The position numbers and the translations under genes are program-made. Positions 50,326 to 62,258 of a stretch of DNA of 64,000 nucleotides are shown piece by piece (positions within the stretch are counted from its first letter, which is position 1; each line of letters starts with the position of its first letter). Below the pieces are notes generated by a model, which did no database searches, was not told the origin of the DNA, and was given only the letters and a program-made list of their open reading frames with translations. Source of the DNA: Felis catus (lineage: Eukaryota); the NCBI RefSeq assembly GCF_018350175.1, contig NC_058368.1:63366001-63430000 (forward strand), written 5' to 3'.

Positions 50326-50548
50326 GGGGGCGCCTGGGTGGCGCAGTCGGTTAAGCGTCCGACTTCAGCCAGGTCACGATCTCGCGGTCCGTGAGTTCGA
50401 GCCCCGCGTCGGGCTCTGGGCTGATGGCTCGGAGCCTGGAGCCTGTTTCTGATTCTGTGTCTCCCTCTCTCTCTACCCCTCCCCCGTTCATGCTCTGTCT
50501 CTCTCTGTCCCAAAAATAAATAAACGTTGAAAAAAAAATTAAAAAAAA
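50326..50548 (+). mobile_element. Very young Can-SINE (SINEC_Fc)
   Basis: CpG-rich, near-consensus; perfect 17-bp TSD aatataatgttgctggg at 50311-50327 and 50549-50565. Confidence 0.97.
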
Positions 50549-52399
50549 AATATAATGTTGCTGGGAGCAGTTTAGCTTACTAGATGCAAAATTCTTTGAG
50601 ATTTAACCTTCTGGTATGAAGTACTTCTAAGCAATTTTTAGCAGCTCCATGTGGAATTCTCCAAATGCAGAACTAACATTATTAGAATAATGCCTAGGAA
50701 CCAAGAACAGGAGAGAGGCAGACATTCATCCTGACAGAGATAAATAACAGGCAAAGTAAATTATTAGTTGGATACTTGGTATACATGAACTAAACCATCT
50801 CTCTTATATTTATACACAAAGCATAGTGCAAAAGGAAAAACAACTGCACTGGAATCCACTCAAATGAGCACAATAGTAGTTACTAGGGAAAAATTATTTT
50901 GATTGTATCATTAAATTTAAAGCATTCACTTCAGGCACTGAACACAGCCCTCCAGTGGGCCTTTTATCACAGGCTTAATGTGAAGGGTGAAAACAAAACA
51001 AAACAAAAAACAAAAAAAACTTGCAAACTTGCAAGCTAATGTTTTTAGCATTTGAGGTTCTCCTCACTTTGTGGTTAGAATATTGAAAATAGACACTCAG
51101 GAGAAAAAATCATCATTGCATTCCTCAAAACAGCTTCAAAAATAATATGGAAATGTGAGAAAGAATAAAGGGAGGGGAAACCCACTTGTGCTGATTTTCT
51201 GCCTGTTCACGTTAGTGAATTGTATTGGCATTAGGGACTGTGAAGTCCCATTCTCTCTCTAGACTTCATGAAAAACAAAAAACAAAATAGAGGTCACTTG
51301 AAAAGTGTAGGTCATTTACCACAAACTGAAGTGAACATTAAAGTTTTACCAAAGTAATGATTGTCCATGTTTGGGAAAGTTACCTCTTGTTGCCTTGATT
51401 TTTCACCCTCAAAAGACAGAGATATCCATCCAGTGATTAAAGTGAACCATTTGTGTAGTGGTCTCTAATCTTCTTAATGCTTGTTGTTACATATACCTTT
51501 GATAATCTGAGGTACACCCTGGAAAAATCTACAAATTCGTCCCTTTAGTTCTGTATGTTTCAGTGATAACCAGAGGCTTTCTTCAGTTTAATAATATGGT
51601 AAAATATAACATAATGACTAAGAGCAATTCTGGAACAAAGTTTGGATGGTTTGGGGCCACTGTACACAGCCCCATGTAGATTACAAGATAAATGGCATCC
51701 TGGCCCTAAGGGTGTTCAAATCCTGGCACCACGTTTCATAAGCTCCATGACTTTGATCAAGTTCTTGGTCTCAGTTTGCTCATCTTAAACCCAATATCAC
51801 TGTTTTGAGCATTATCAAGATTAACGCATATAAAATGATTTTTTAAAAAAGGAGCCTGATACATAGTAAGCACATAGTAAATTTAAGCTGTAATCATTAT
51901 GTTCAAAAAGAAACTAGTAAAATCTTATAGAATTGACATGTAGAGCTGTTTCTCTAGTCTTTCATTGCCAACCTCTTGGACATTTGTTTCTATCTGGTTG
52001 TACAGTGCACGTATTATTTCCTGTTCCCTCTCCCTTTGAATATTCTATTTTCCCATAGGTCTTTTCATCCTCATAAGCTCTTAGTGTTTAATACCCAACT
52101 CAAATATCTTCTACTGAAATGAATTTTCCAATTCCATTAGAGTTAGCTGTTCCTTTTCTGCATTTATAGCATATATTAATCTTTACGAAGTAGTTCATCA
52201 CATTATACTGATATTTTAAATCTACCTTTTTACTTTTTTAGATTGTGACTTATTTATATTTCTGTTCCCAAGAAAAGATTGGCAATAATCAAATGTTTGA
52301 CAACAGATGGATGGATAGATGGAAATAAGAAAGGGAAGGAGGGAGTAAAGGGGAGAGAAAGAAAAGAAGGCAATCTGATTGCATAGGCTACTTCAAATC

Positions 52400-52930
52400 A
52401 AAACTAGATCAAAGTAAACCCAATATCTTCCCCTCACCTCAGAATCTTCCTTGTAGTTCTCTGAATTTTTTCAATGCTGTCACTATCTCCTACTTCCCGG
52501 GCTCAAAACGTTAGTCTTCTTTTACTCTTTCCTCCTTAATCCCTTTACAAAGTTAACCAGTTAGAAACCCATCCCATCTTTCTCCACAGAAAGTCTAAAT
52601 CTGTCCATCTCTTGTTATTCCTTTTGCACTAGTGTTTAGAATTTGCACTGAAACTATTTTCAGACCTTCCTAATTAGTCTCCAATATTCAGTCTCATCTA
52701 TTCTCTCCCTACTGAAAAATTAATTTTCCTAGAGAAAAACTAATCATATCATTTTCTTGCTAGAAAACCTCCTAGGGCTCCCCAATGCCTGACATTCATC
52801 ATGGCCCAAAGTGTGACCCCAAATGATTTTTGATCATATACTCTTGTCACATTTCTTTTACTCCATACCTTTGTCTTCTCACTGCACACCACATCTTTGT
52901 TCATGGTCATCCTATTCTTCTCCAATGCTT
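52400..52930 (+). mobile_element. L2 fragment
   Basis: Pyrimidine-rich degenerate L2-like motifs (ccttcctaattagtctcc; atcatatcattttcttgctagaaaacctcctagggctccccaatgcc). Confidence 0.55.
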
Positions 52931-53069
52931 CTCCTTTTATTAACTCATATAAGTCTTTTGATTAATACCGTTTGATTTATCTAAGTTCTAAGACCAATGA
53001 TTCTTAGTCTGTTGAGTACCAGAAATCATTTCAATGTTTTAAAAACTAAATGTTGAAGATCTCCAGCTC

Positions 53070-53580
53070 TGTCAGGAATGGTGAAGGGTCTAAGATTTTC
53101 ACCTACTTACAAGCTAATTAGTTAGCTTGTTACTGCTGCATGGATGCTGTTGGAAGACCAGAGAGTCCTAGACCAGAGACAAAGGACGTTTTCATTCTGG
53201 TAGCACAAGAAACAGCATGAGCATCAGCATGTATGTGTTCTTTGCCTTTGTCCCCAGTCTCACCAGGGCAATGTTCCAGGTCCAGATAGATGTTACCTAT
53301 GCAGTGGGTTTGCTTCACAAGTGAGAATCCCAGGGACAAGGCCCAGCATTATTTTCAAGTAAGCAGCAAACACTGCAGCAAGTAACAAACAGCTAGTCCC
53401 CCTTCCTCCAGGGAGCGTGGAGTTATAAAGAAGTCAGGGTGTGATTCTCTTGACCAACTAGTTGCCTGTATAATTAACTACAGAAATAGCTCAGGACTAG
53501 AAAATGGTTAAGTCTTGCAGTCTGACACACTCAGCCCTGTGCAGGAATATATTCAGGATCCATGATGGACTGTCCTTAAT
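53070..53580 (-). mobile_element. Solo ERV LTR related to the one at 44400-45065
   Basis: Reverse complement of 53070-53130 (gctaactaattagcttgtaagtaggtgaaaatcttagacccttcaccattcctgaca) aligns by eye with 45010-45065. Right boundary approximate. Confidence 0.65.
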
Positions 53581-53688
53581 GATTCTGAGTAACAAACTTC
53601 ATGACAAAAAAACAAGTATACATTCATGAATTTTTATTTTGTTAGTCATAAGAGTTATCTTGCTACATTTAAAAAATAACTATCCATT

Positions 53689-53850
53689 GGGGCACCTGGG
53701 TGGCTTAGTCAGTTAAGCATCCCACTCTTGATTTCAGCTCAGGTCATGATCTACAGGTTCATGAGGTCAAGCCTCATGTCAGACTCTGCTCTAACAGCAT
53801 GGATTCTTGGGATTCTCTCTCTCAAAATAAATAAATAAACATAAAAAAAT
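53689..53850 (+). mobile_element. Can-SINE with a shortened (CT) region
   Basis: ggggcacctggtggcttagtcagttaagc...ctctctcaaaataaataaataaac. Confidence 0.9.
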
Positions 53851-54499
53851 AATTATACATTTAATTTCTAAAGTGTGTTACTCAATCTACAAATAATGCA
53901 ACTTGCATTTCTGTGGTTGTTGGAGGTCTATAATATAAATAACTTGGAAACCATTAATTTTTATTATAAAGCTATTTGAGGGCTCAGACCACATTTTGCT
54001 GTCTTTTTATTTCCCATGGCCTACCACAATGTTTTGTTTATATTAGCTATTTAATAAATATTTTTAAAGGAGAAAATGAAGTAGAATTTGCCAGTAAATT
54101 AGAGTTGAAAACTGTAGAGATGAGTTGCTCTAAACAATATCTGTGAAGACTGTTGATTTTGAAAATAATATGAGACTGAGACTAGCTGTGTGCAGATCCA
54201 GGATTTGGGGAGGTAGATTCATGTATGAGTTTCTGAGCTAGCAAGAAAAATCCAAAAAGAGGAGAGGAAGGGTTTAAAGCTGCATGCCCACTGACTTCAT
54301 AGAAATTAGTACAATAGTTAATATTCCACCCCCTGGTTACTGAATTCCAGAGAAGTGTCAAATTTATGACACCGAATTGTATTTACCTCTAATCAAGGTC
54401 GATTGTAAGGTCTTGGAAGAGGGTAGGAACATGCCTTATTTGCCTTTGTATTCCCTACATACTCAAGCTTAGGGCATTCACATACTTTCCCGCATTGGT

Positions 54500-54830
54500 T
54501 TGTCCCAACAGCTCCTAGCGGCGGGTATCATTATTGCCATTATTCAATCATGGAACTGAGGCCCAGTGAATTACGTGACTTAACCAAAGTCTCAGAACTG
54601 GTAAGCGATGTTGTTGGGACCAGACTTTTACTCACTACAGGTAATGGGTTTCAGCTGCCCAGATTCAAATCCTATTACTGTCTGTGTGACTCTTCTAAGT
54701 GTCCCAGTTTCATCATCTATAAAATGGAAATAATAATAGTACTTATGGGGTTTTTTTGAGTTCCTAAAACAACTTCAGACTTTGAACACTGACTAGATAT
54801 AGTTAAATGCTTAATAAACCTATGAATTAT
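54500..54830. mobile_element. Two adjacent MIR fragments in opposite orientation
   Basis: ggaactgaggcccagtgaattacgtgacttaaccaaagtc, then ttcaaatcctattactgtctgtgtgact...cagtttcatcatctataaaatgg. Confidence 0.65.
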
Positions 54831-55379
54831 TGTGATGTCTATAAATGCCATGCTCCAGACCTTATATAGTAGCAGTTTCAATCACAAAATGTTTTAAAGA
54901 TAATGTTTGAGAATTATCCAGGATATCACATACTTTTATTTTTATACCTTTGTCCTGATGACATATCCTAGTAAGATTGATAGTAAATAGCTGGTCTGAC
55001 AATAAGGTACTTCCGTGTTTAATTTTTCATTTTTATGTTCTTAGTTTGTCTACCAAGTCTTTGGTCAGAGTGTATGTTTTGTTTTGTTTTGATTTGATTT
55101 GTTTTGTTTTGTTTTTGTCATAGCCCTAGATACAACATAAAGTAATAAAGCTCCCAATTTGTTATTTTTACATTATGAATAATTTTAAATGGAAAAATCA
55201 AAATTTGAGTGGATATTTAAGACTTGACTGTATTTTTCTTTGGTATGTAATAGAATTCTTGTCAAGCATGTTAAAAGTCCTAAGGAATAACATTCAATAG
55301 CCAATGAAAGTTACTTCCAGTGGGTAACTAGTAAAAGCACCATGACAGAGCTCAGATGGTAGTAGAATATTATTCAAAA

Positions 55380-55598
55380 GGGACACCTGGCTGACTCAGT
55401 TGATTAAACATCCAACTTCAGCTCAGGTCATGATCTCGCAGCTCTTGATTTCAAGTCCCATGTCAGGCTCCATGCTGACAGCCCAAAGCCTGGATCCTGA
55501 CACAGATTCTGTGTCTCCCTCTCTCTCTGCCCTTCCCTCACTCATGCTCTGCCTCTCTCTCTCTCAAAAATAAATAAACATAAAAAAAATTTTTTTAA
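55380..55598 (+). mobile_element. Can-SINE
   Basis: Full head and tail; TSD aga(a/g)tattattca. Confidence 0.92.
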
Positions 55599-55977
55599 AG
55601 AGTATTATTCAGAAGACCTAAATTCTAGTTTAAGTCGTTCTCCTAACACATTGTGTGTTATTTAACACATGCTACCTCTCAGCCTCCTCATTTGCAAAAA
55701 TAAGGGCAGGGCTAACCTCTGTGATGGATGTCACTGGGGCTTCACTGTGGTAGACAGCAAAAAATGGCCACACGCTTTTTATTTTTTAGTTCCTTCCATC
55801 AAGAAGTTGAGTCTATCTCCTAAATTCCTTGAATCTGGACTGGCCCTATGACTTCCTTTGACTAACAGAATTTGTCAGAATGTCTTTGCACATTTCCCAA
55901 GAGGCTGTGCATCTTCCACTCTTGAACTGAGACCTCTTCCTCCACCATGCAAGCCAGTCTAAGCTATCTTGTTACAT

Positions 55978-56140
55978 CAGGGTTGGCAGACTATTTCTGT
56001 AAAGAGCCAAATGGTAAATATTTTAGACTTTGAGATGATACATAGACAATACATAAACAAATGAGCATATCTGTACTCCAATAAAGCTTTATTCACAAAA
56101 ACAAACAGCAAACTAGATTTGCAGTTGGCAGGTCCATGGG
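55978..56140. mobile_element. MER58A-like hAT MITE
   Basis: cagggttggcagactatttctgtaaagagccaaatggtaaatattttagactttg...ccaataaagctttatt. Confidence 0.8.
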
Positions 56141-56336
56141 GTAGATAATAAGAAATTATATGAAGAGAGGCCACAGCCACCCCAGCAGTCCCAGCCATAC
56201 AGGCTGAGGCCCCAGATGTGAGTGAGCCTAACTGAGAACATCTGGGACCTCCTAATACCTAAAAGATTGTCCAGTTGAGCCCCTATCAAATGATCAGCCT
56301 AAAGAAATGTGAAACATCACAAATCTCTGCAGTGTT

Positions 56337-56558
56337 GGGGTGCCTGGGTGGCTCGGTTGGTTAAGTGGCCAACTTCGGCACAGGTCATGATCTCACATTT
56401 CATGGGTTCAAGCCCCGCATCGGGCTCTGTGCTGACTGCTGAGAGCCTAGAGCCTGCTTCGGATTCTCTATCTCCCTCTCTCTCTGCCCCTCCCCCACTC
56501 CTGCTTTGTCTCTCTCTCTCTCTCTCTCAAAATTAAATAAACATTTTAAAAAATTTTT
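56337..56558 (+). mobile_element. Can-SINE (SINEC_Fc)
   Basis: 18-bp TSD acaaatctctgc(a/t)gtgtt at 56319-56336 and 56559-56576. Confidence 0.95.
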
Positions 56559-56639
56559 ACAAATCTCTGCTGTGTTAAGCCAGTAAGTGCTTTGTTACAC
56601 CACAAAAACAAAATGATGCACACGTTTTAATTTTCTTTA

Positions 56640-57006
56640 TCAGTCTTAAGTGCCCATTCTCCAGCTGCTTTGAGCTTGCTGACGGCTCAGAGCTGCCCCT
56701 ACTCTGAAGAATTGCCTTGCCAGGGAGATTCCACCTGCCCCTGGGGCAGCGCACAATAAATTACCAATGGCGAGTACAGCCAACTTCCTGCCTCATGGTG
56801 GGGCCAACTCTGTGCTCCAATTCCAGCTTCCACAAGGCTCCCTCTGAGAACAGGCTGAAGCTGGTTTCCATCTGAAATCTTGCTTAGCTTGCTTTAAAGA
56901 TCTATCTTCCGTCCCTTACTCCCCTTCTCCTGCAAGAATCCCTGCAATAAACCACTTACAAAAATCACCATCTCACTATGTGCTCTTAGGAAACCTGACT
57001 AAGATA
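56640..57006 (+). mobile_element. ERVL LTR, LTR16-like
   Basis: 3' end caataaaccactt...tctcactatgtgctcttaggaaacctgactaagata. Confidence 0.55.
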
Positions 57007-57150
57007 CCTTCCAGGAATCCCTTTGTTAGCAGTCATAATCAAAATGCAGCCCAGGATAAAAGACTTAAATGCAAAAGGTTAGGCCTTTAAGAAATAGCAA
57101 AAAGACCCCTTCCTCTTCTTTTCAAGCCAGGCTGAGCCATCGTGATAGAT

Positions 57151-57295
57151 CAGGGTCAGTGACCATTTTCTGTAGAGAGCCAGAGGGTAAATATTTTAGG
57201 CTTTGGAGATCATATTGTCTTTATCACAACTTTGTCAACTCTGCCAAGTTAGTAATAAAGCAGACATAGACAATAGATAAATGATCCAATCACTG
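57151..57295. mobile_element. MER58-like fragment
   Basis: cagggtcagtgaccattttctgtagagagccagagggtaaatattttaggctttg. Confidence 0.7.
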
Positions 57296-58380
57296 GGAGT
57301 GTGATCTACTAGCCCTCAGATGACTTGTCTAAATCTAGAAGTGCAAGTAAGGGAATGGGAACTGAAAGTAGAATTTCTTGAAATAAAATCAATTCTGGTC
57401 TTTCTACTCTACTTAATATCATCTTCTTAAAATTAGTGAAGTCAACTAAATTTTAACATAGATGTATTGCTCTCCCCAAACCTGTCCTATTGAACATTGT
57501 CCCCAACTCCTAGATAACAGTAGTCCCAAATCCTGTTTTCTGTAGTCACTTCCCTTTCACTCACAGAGAAGAAAAACAAACTGATCCACCACATCATGGG
57601 AAAATGGAGACTATTAATGAATTTATGCACATAAATTACTTTGAGATTACCAGATGAAAGGTAATTTATAAATACAATATACCTATCATCATTATTATGC
57701 AGACAGCATTCTGAGTATTTTGAGCCAAAAAAAAAAAAAAAAAGAGAGAGAGAGAGAGAAGGAAAGAAAAATGTCCATCAGCAGGTTCCCTGCAAACTGG
57801 GAATTGGGTAGCTGGCAAAAGGAGAGATCTGAAGGAAATCTAAAGAAAAAGTAATGACAGCAGCAGGGTTTCCCTTTAAAAGAAGAGAAATAAGGAATTG
57901 TCAAAGAGGAAATGTTAATAACTAGCAGAGTGAAGTATGTGGAAAGAATGTGTAAGAGATGTGAGATAGAAACAGAAAGAAAGACTAAATCTAGAGGCTA
58001 GAAAAAAATAATATATAAGAGAAGGAAACTGCATTTATCGGAACAGATGAAGATGATTCTCCCATGTTTTTATGTCTCCTAAAGATTGAAATACTCAAAA
58101 AGAGTGTAGTGAAGAATAAAATCGGGGACACCCTGAGAAGCATAGAGTGGAATTTATATGTTCTTGGACATTGCACAATTAAAAAAATAAAAATTTAAAG
58201 TAGTATCTTCATTTTAAAATGCCATCATTTCAATTGCTTTTTTTCTTCATCATAATTACCATCCAAACCAAAACAATTCTGTCACACTTGCTTTCCGAAA
58301 GGAAAGAAGAAAGAAGGAACAGAGTGTACCTCAAAATATAGACTTCTTTTTGAGACATTGAGTATGTCATCCAAATTTTC

Positions 58381-58432
58381 TTTTTTTTTTTTTATTTTTT
58401 AAATGTTTATTTATTTATTTTGAGAGAGAGAA

Positions 58433-58476
<44 letters not shown>

Positions 58477-58635
58477 CAGGGGAGGGGCAGAGAGAGAGGG
58501 AAAGAAAGAATTGCAAGCAGGATCCATGCCATCAGTGCAGAGCCCAACTCAGGGCTTGAAATCATGAACTATGAGATCATGACCAGAGCCAAAATCAGGA
58601 GTTGGATGCTCAACCACTGAGCCACCCAGGCACCC
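58381..58635 (-). mobile_element. Can-SINE with an internal (TG)n
   Basis: T-tail, (GA)/(TG) tract and head ending gagccacccaggcaccc; tgtcatccaaa on both flanks. Confidence 0.92.
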
Positions 58636-59374
58636 TTATCTCTTGTCATCCAAACTTTCTACATTTCAGTTTCCTCATCTGTAAATGAGAAGATCAGGAA
58701 ATGTTTTGAAATTCAATACTCTTAGGGAAAAAAATGCAGTTTCTATTACATGAATACCAACTGGAGGAAACATTCTAAATGGCATTTTAAAGTCAAATTG
58801 CTATTTGTAACCTTAGAATACAACTTAGAAAAGCAATACTTTCTGCATTGCCTGAAATCATAAACTAAAAGTACTCAAGTAAGCTAATTTGGTACAGCTG
58901 GAAAGAGATCTAAGGATGTATGTTAATTTAATGACTGTTTAGTATAAGAAATTATAGCTTAAATAATTTATATGAATTTAGATATTCATTAAGGTTTTAC
59001 AGCATTTCAAAATGAGTTATTTTAAGATCAAGAACTAAAAATACTGCCATTTTCCTTCACAGAAACCAGAGATAAATATATGGCAAAGCATAAATAATCT
59101 AAAGATTACTTCATTTTAGTGCTTATGCAAACCAAGAGTTACAAAAAATAATAAAGCATTTTGAGTTAAGTGTGTGTGAATATTTACAGAGAATGAAAAA
59201 ATATGCAAGATGGAAAAAAGAAACAACTAGATTCCCTGTGTAATTAGCAGGAAGGCTTAGGGAAGAGTTGCTATGGATAGGCTTGACTTAGTCATAATTA
59301 AGAGGAAGGACATAAAAAGGAGAATGGGGGTAAAGATGGACAAAGAGAAGATGTAGTTAGAAAGCAGTATCCCA

Positions 59375-59596
59375 GGGGCGCCTGGGTGGCGCAGTCGGTT
59401 GGGCGTCCGACTTCAGCCAGGTCATGATCTCGCGGTCCGTGAGTTCAAGCCCCGCGTCAGGCTCTGGGCTGATGGCTCAGAGCCTGGAGCCTGTTTCCCA
59501 TTCTGTGTCTCCCTCTCTCTCTGCCCCTCCCCCGTTCATGCTCTGTCTCTCTCTGTCCCAAAAATAAATAAACGTTGAAAAAAAATTAAAAAAAAA
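59375..59596 (+). mobile_element. Very young Can-SINE (SINEC_Fc)
   Basis: Near-consensus; perfect TSD aaagcagtatcccag at 59361-59375 and 59597-59611. Confidence 0.97.
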
Positions 59597-61444
59597 AAAG
59601 CAGTATCCCAGAAGAGATGGAAGCAGTGAGAATCCTGTACTCACATGGAGAGGGATCATACTGGAAATGCAGAGAAACCGTGTTCCTCAGAGATGGGAGG
59701 GAAGAGAGAAGAGGAGGGCAAACATAATTATTTGCCAAGGCGTTCACTTTTTCATGAACTCCAATTCTGGTCTCTTTGTCTGATTCTAAACCACTCCGTT
59801 TTAGCCACCAGCATGTGCTTCTGTTCAACTGCCTTTCTCTGTGCTGCACATTCGATGTTCATTTTGATAACCACCCTCTGGGTACTGGTACTTCACAGAT
59901 CTAATTGGGTTCCATATTGGATTTCTGACCTGAGTTCCTCAGATTACCCTGAATATTCCCATCTGAGATGTCCTCTATTTTTCATTCTCCCAAAACTATC
60001 CATCTACATTCCCACTGTTATGACTATATAGTTGTCACAAAATGTTTAAATTGTCTAATCAAGATATTTGATATATGCTACCATCTAGATTGCTGTGATA
60101 AAGAACATACATATATAATCCCCTTCACTTTCAATGTGAACTATTTTCACTTAAATTGCTCACTACTTAGGCATCAATACATTATTTTATATATATTTAA
60201 TTATGCATAATTATGTATGATTATATAATATACATATATGTGTATAATTGTATTAATAACACTGTTGAAAATTTATAATAAATTAGCATGTTATTAATAC
60301 CAAAACTAAGTATGTTTAAAATTACTTTAGTGCCTGATTGAGTATCTTGCTCCTAGCTACTCAGAATTTTTCTATTAAATGCAAGATAGCATTCTCAATT
60401 TCCTATGATTATTTTGTTGCCAAATATTAACCTTTGTCATTTTAATCAAAGAATGAGAAGTACTTTTCTCATTAATAAAATGAACCACTATCATTTGGGA
60501 ATCTGTTGAAACCTGTGTAAAAGATTTGGAAGCAAATGGACAGTAAAACATTATTTTCGTTATATGAAGAGTTTGCTTCTTGTTTAATCATCTTCTGAAC
60601 CAATTTAGTTGTAACTGATGTCCTTATGAAATTAAAGTTTTAGTGGCATCTACATTCTTCCTTAGGGCATCTAGTAATCACTTAAAATTGGAATAATACG
60701 GAATGAAGCTTAACTAATGAATAAAGTTGCACTATTATTCATATGTTTGCATTTAAATACTAGCGGACACTTCAGATGAAAAGAGCCTGGTTTAATTGGA
60801 CCCTGTCATCTTTCTAATTTTACTGGCAATTTTTAAAAGAAAATGAAACACCTTAAAAGAAAAACAAAAGTCATTTAGTTTCCTTTGCATTGTTCAGTAA
60901 TCTTTTTTTAATACTTTAATGAGAACATTTATGTCAAAATTTATATCTCCTGCATTTTAATCTCTTTACCTTATTAAATATACTCTCATTACTGATGTTA
61001 AACATAAAAATAAACCACAAATGACCTACAAATCAAATTTTAAAATAATATATAACTTCAAATGTTATAAATGCAGAAGAAATCTGTTAAAATCCTTGAT
61101 TTCTGTGGCAAAAAGTAACATCTCTATGCTATTTTTACAAAGAAATAATGTTGATTCCTATACGTATATGTGCCCAGTGTATTGGGGTATATATGTGAAT
61201 GCATCAAATGTAATATTATATACCTATATCCCACTATTTTAATTAAACAATTATAATCATTCACTTATTTAATTACCATATATTAAATGCCTATGATATA
61301 CCAGGTACTATGCTGAAGAAAATAATCTGACATTTAAGATAACTAAATTTCTGGCATGACAAAGTCTGTTTTTATATGAAATTCATTGCCTTTGAATGCC
61401 TTCTGATGAAGAAAATTAATCTTAACATTTTAAGTTAACATATG

Positions 61445-61622
61445 CATGGTATAGTAGACCCAGTATAAGTTTTGACTACAGATTGACCTGGTTTCAAATA
61501 GTTGCATCACTTACTGGGTATGTGATTTATGTCAGCTACTGAAACTTTCCAAAGCCTCTGTTTTCTTATGTGCAAAATAAGAAAAATAGCATGTTGGGTT
61601 TTTTGGGGGTCATTGTTGCATG

Positions 61623-61668
<46 letters not shown>

Positions 61669-61730
61669 AACTCACACACCTTAGCATGATACCTAATACC
61701 TCCTAAATCCTACTCAATAGGCAGTTCTTA
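61445..61730 (+). mobile_element. MIR with an inserted (CA)n at about 61626-61667
   Basis: gacctggtttcaaatagttgcatcacttactgggtatgtga...gcctctgttttcttatgtgcaaaat. Confidence 0.65.
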
Positions 61731-61776
61731 TTAAATATCAATGCTGTGATTTAGGAAAGATCATGTACAGTGACAC

Positions 61777-62258
61777 TGTATTAGTGTCTTGTTGCTGTAC
61801 TAACAAATTATCATAAACTTAGCAATGTCAACAATACAAATTTATGACTTTACAGTTTTGTAGATAATAAGTCCAACAGGTCTTACCAAGGCTAATATCA
61901 AAGGGACTGCATTCCTTTCTGGAGACTCTAAGAAAGCATCTGTTTGCTTGCTTTTTCCAGCCCCTAGAGGCCAACTGCATTCCTTGGCTTGTGACCTCTT
62001 TAAAACAGGAAGTAACCGTGGTTTGAGTCCTCCCTCACATTCAGCTCTCTATGCACAGTCAGAAAAGTTTCCCCACTTTCAATACTCATGTGATTGGATT
62101 GGACCCACACCGATAATCCAGGATAATCTTCCCCATCTCAAGGTCTGTAATCTTAATTACATTTGCAAAGTCCCTTTTGCCACATAAGGTAGCATGTTCA
62201 CGGGTTCTGGGGATTACAGCATCAACATCTTTAGAGAGTCATTAGTCTGCTGACTACA
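61777..62258 (-). mobile_element. MaLR solo LTR, MLT1C/D-like
   Basis: TG...CA termini; tgattggattggacccacaccgataatccaggataatcttccc...tgcaaagtcccttttgcca; imperfect TSD gacac/ggcac. Confidence 0.85.

Larger units (their letters stand above)
55746..56622 (+). mobile_element. Old MLT1-type MaLR LTR interrupted by a MER58-like MITE (about 55978-56140) and a Can-SINE
   Basis: Start tgtggtagacagcaaaaaatggcc...ccttgaatctggactggcc; middle ccagctgaggcc-like motifs; end ttaagccagtaagt...tttgttacac. Confidence 0.65.

Noticed and set aside
50326..50410. tRNA-like sequence with A/B boxes (here and in all SINE heads)
   Set aside because: tRNA-derived SINE heads followed by (CT)n and A-tails, not tRNA genes.
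44400..53580. Two related LTRs as ends of a provirus
   Set aside because: They are in opposite orientation, and no gag/pol/env-like sequence is visible between them.
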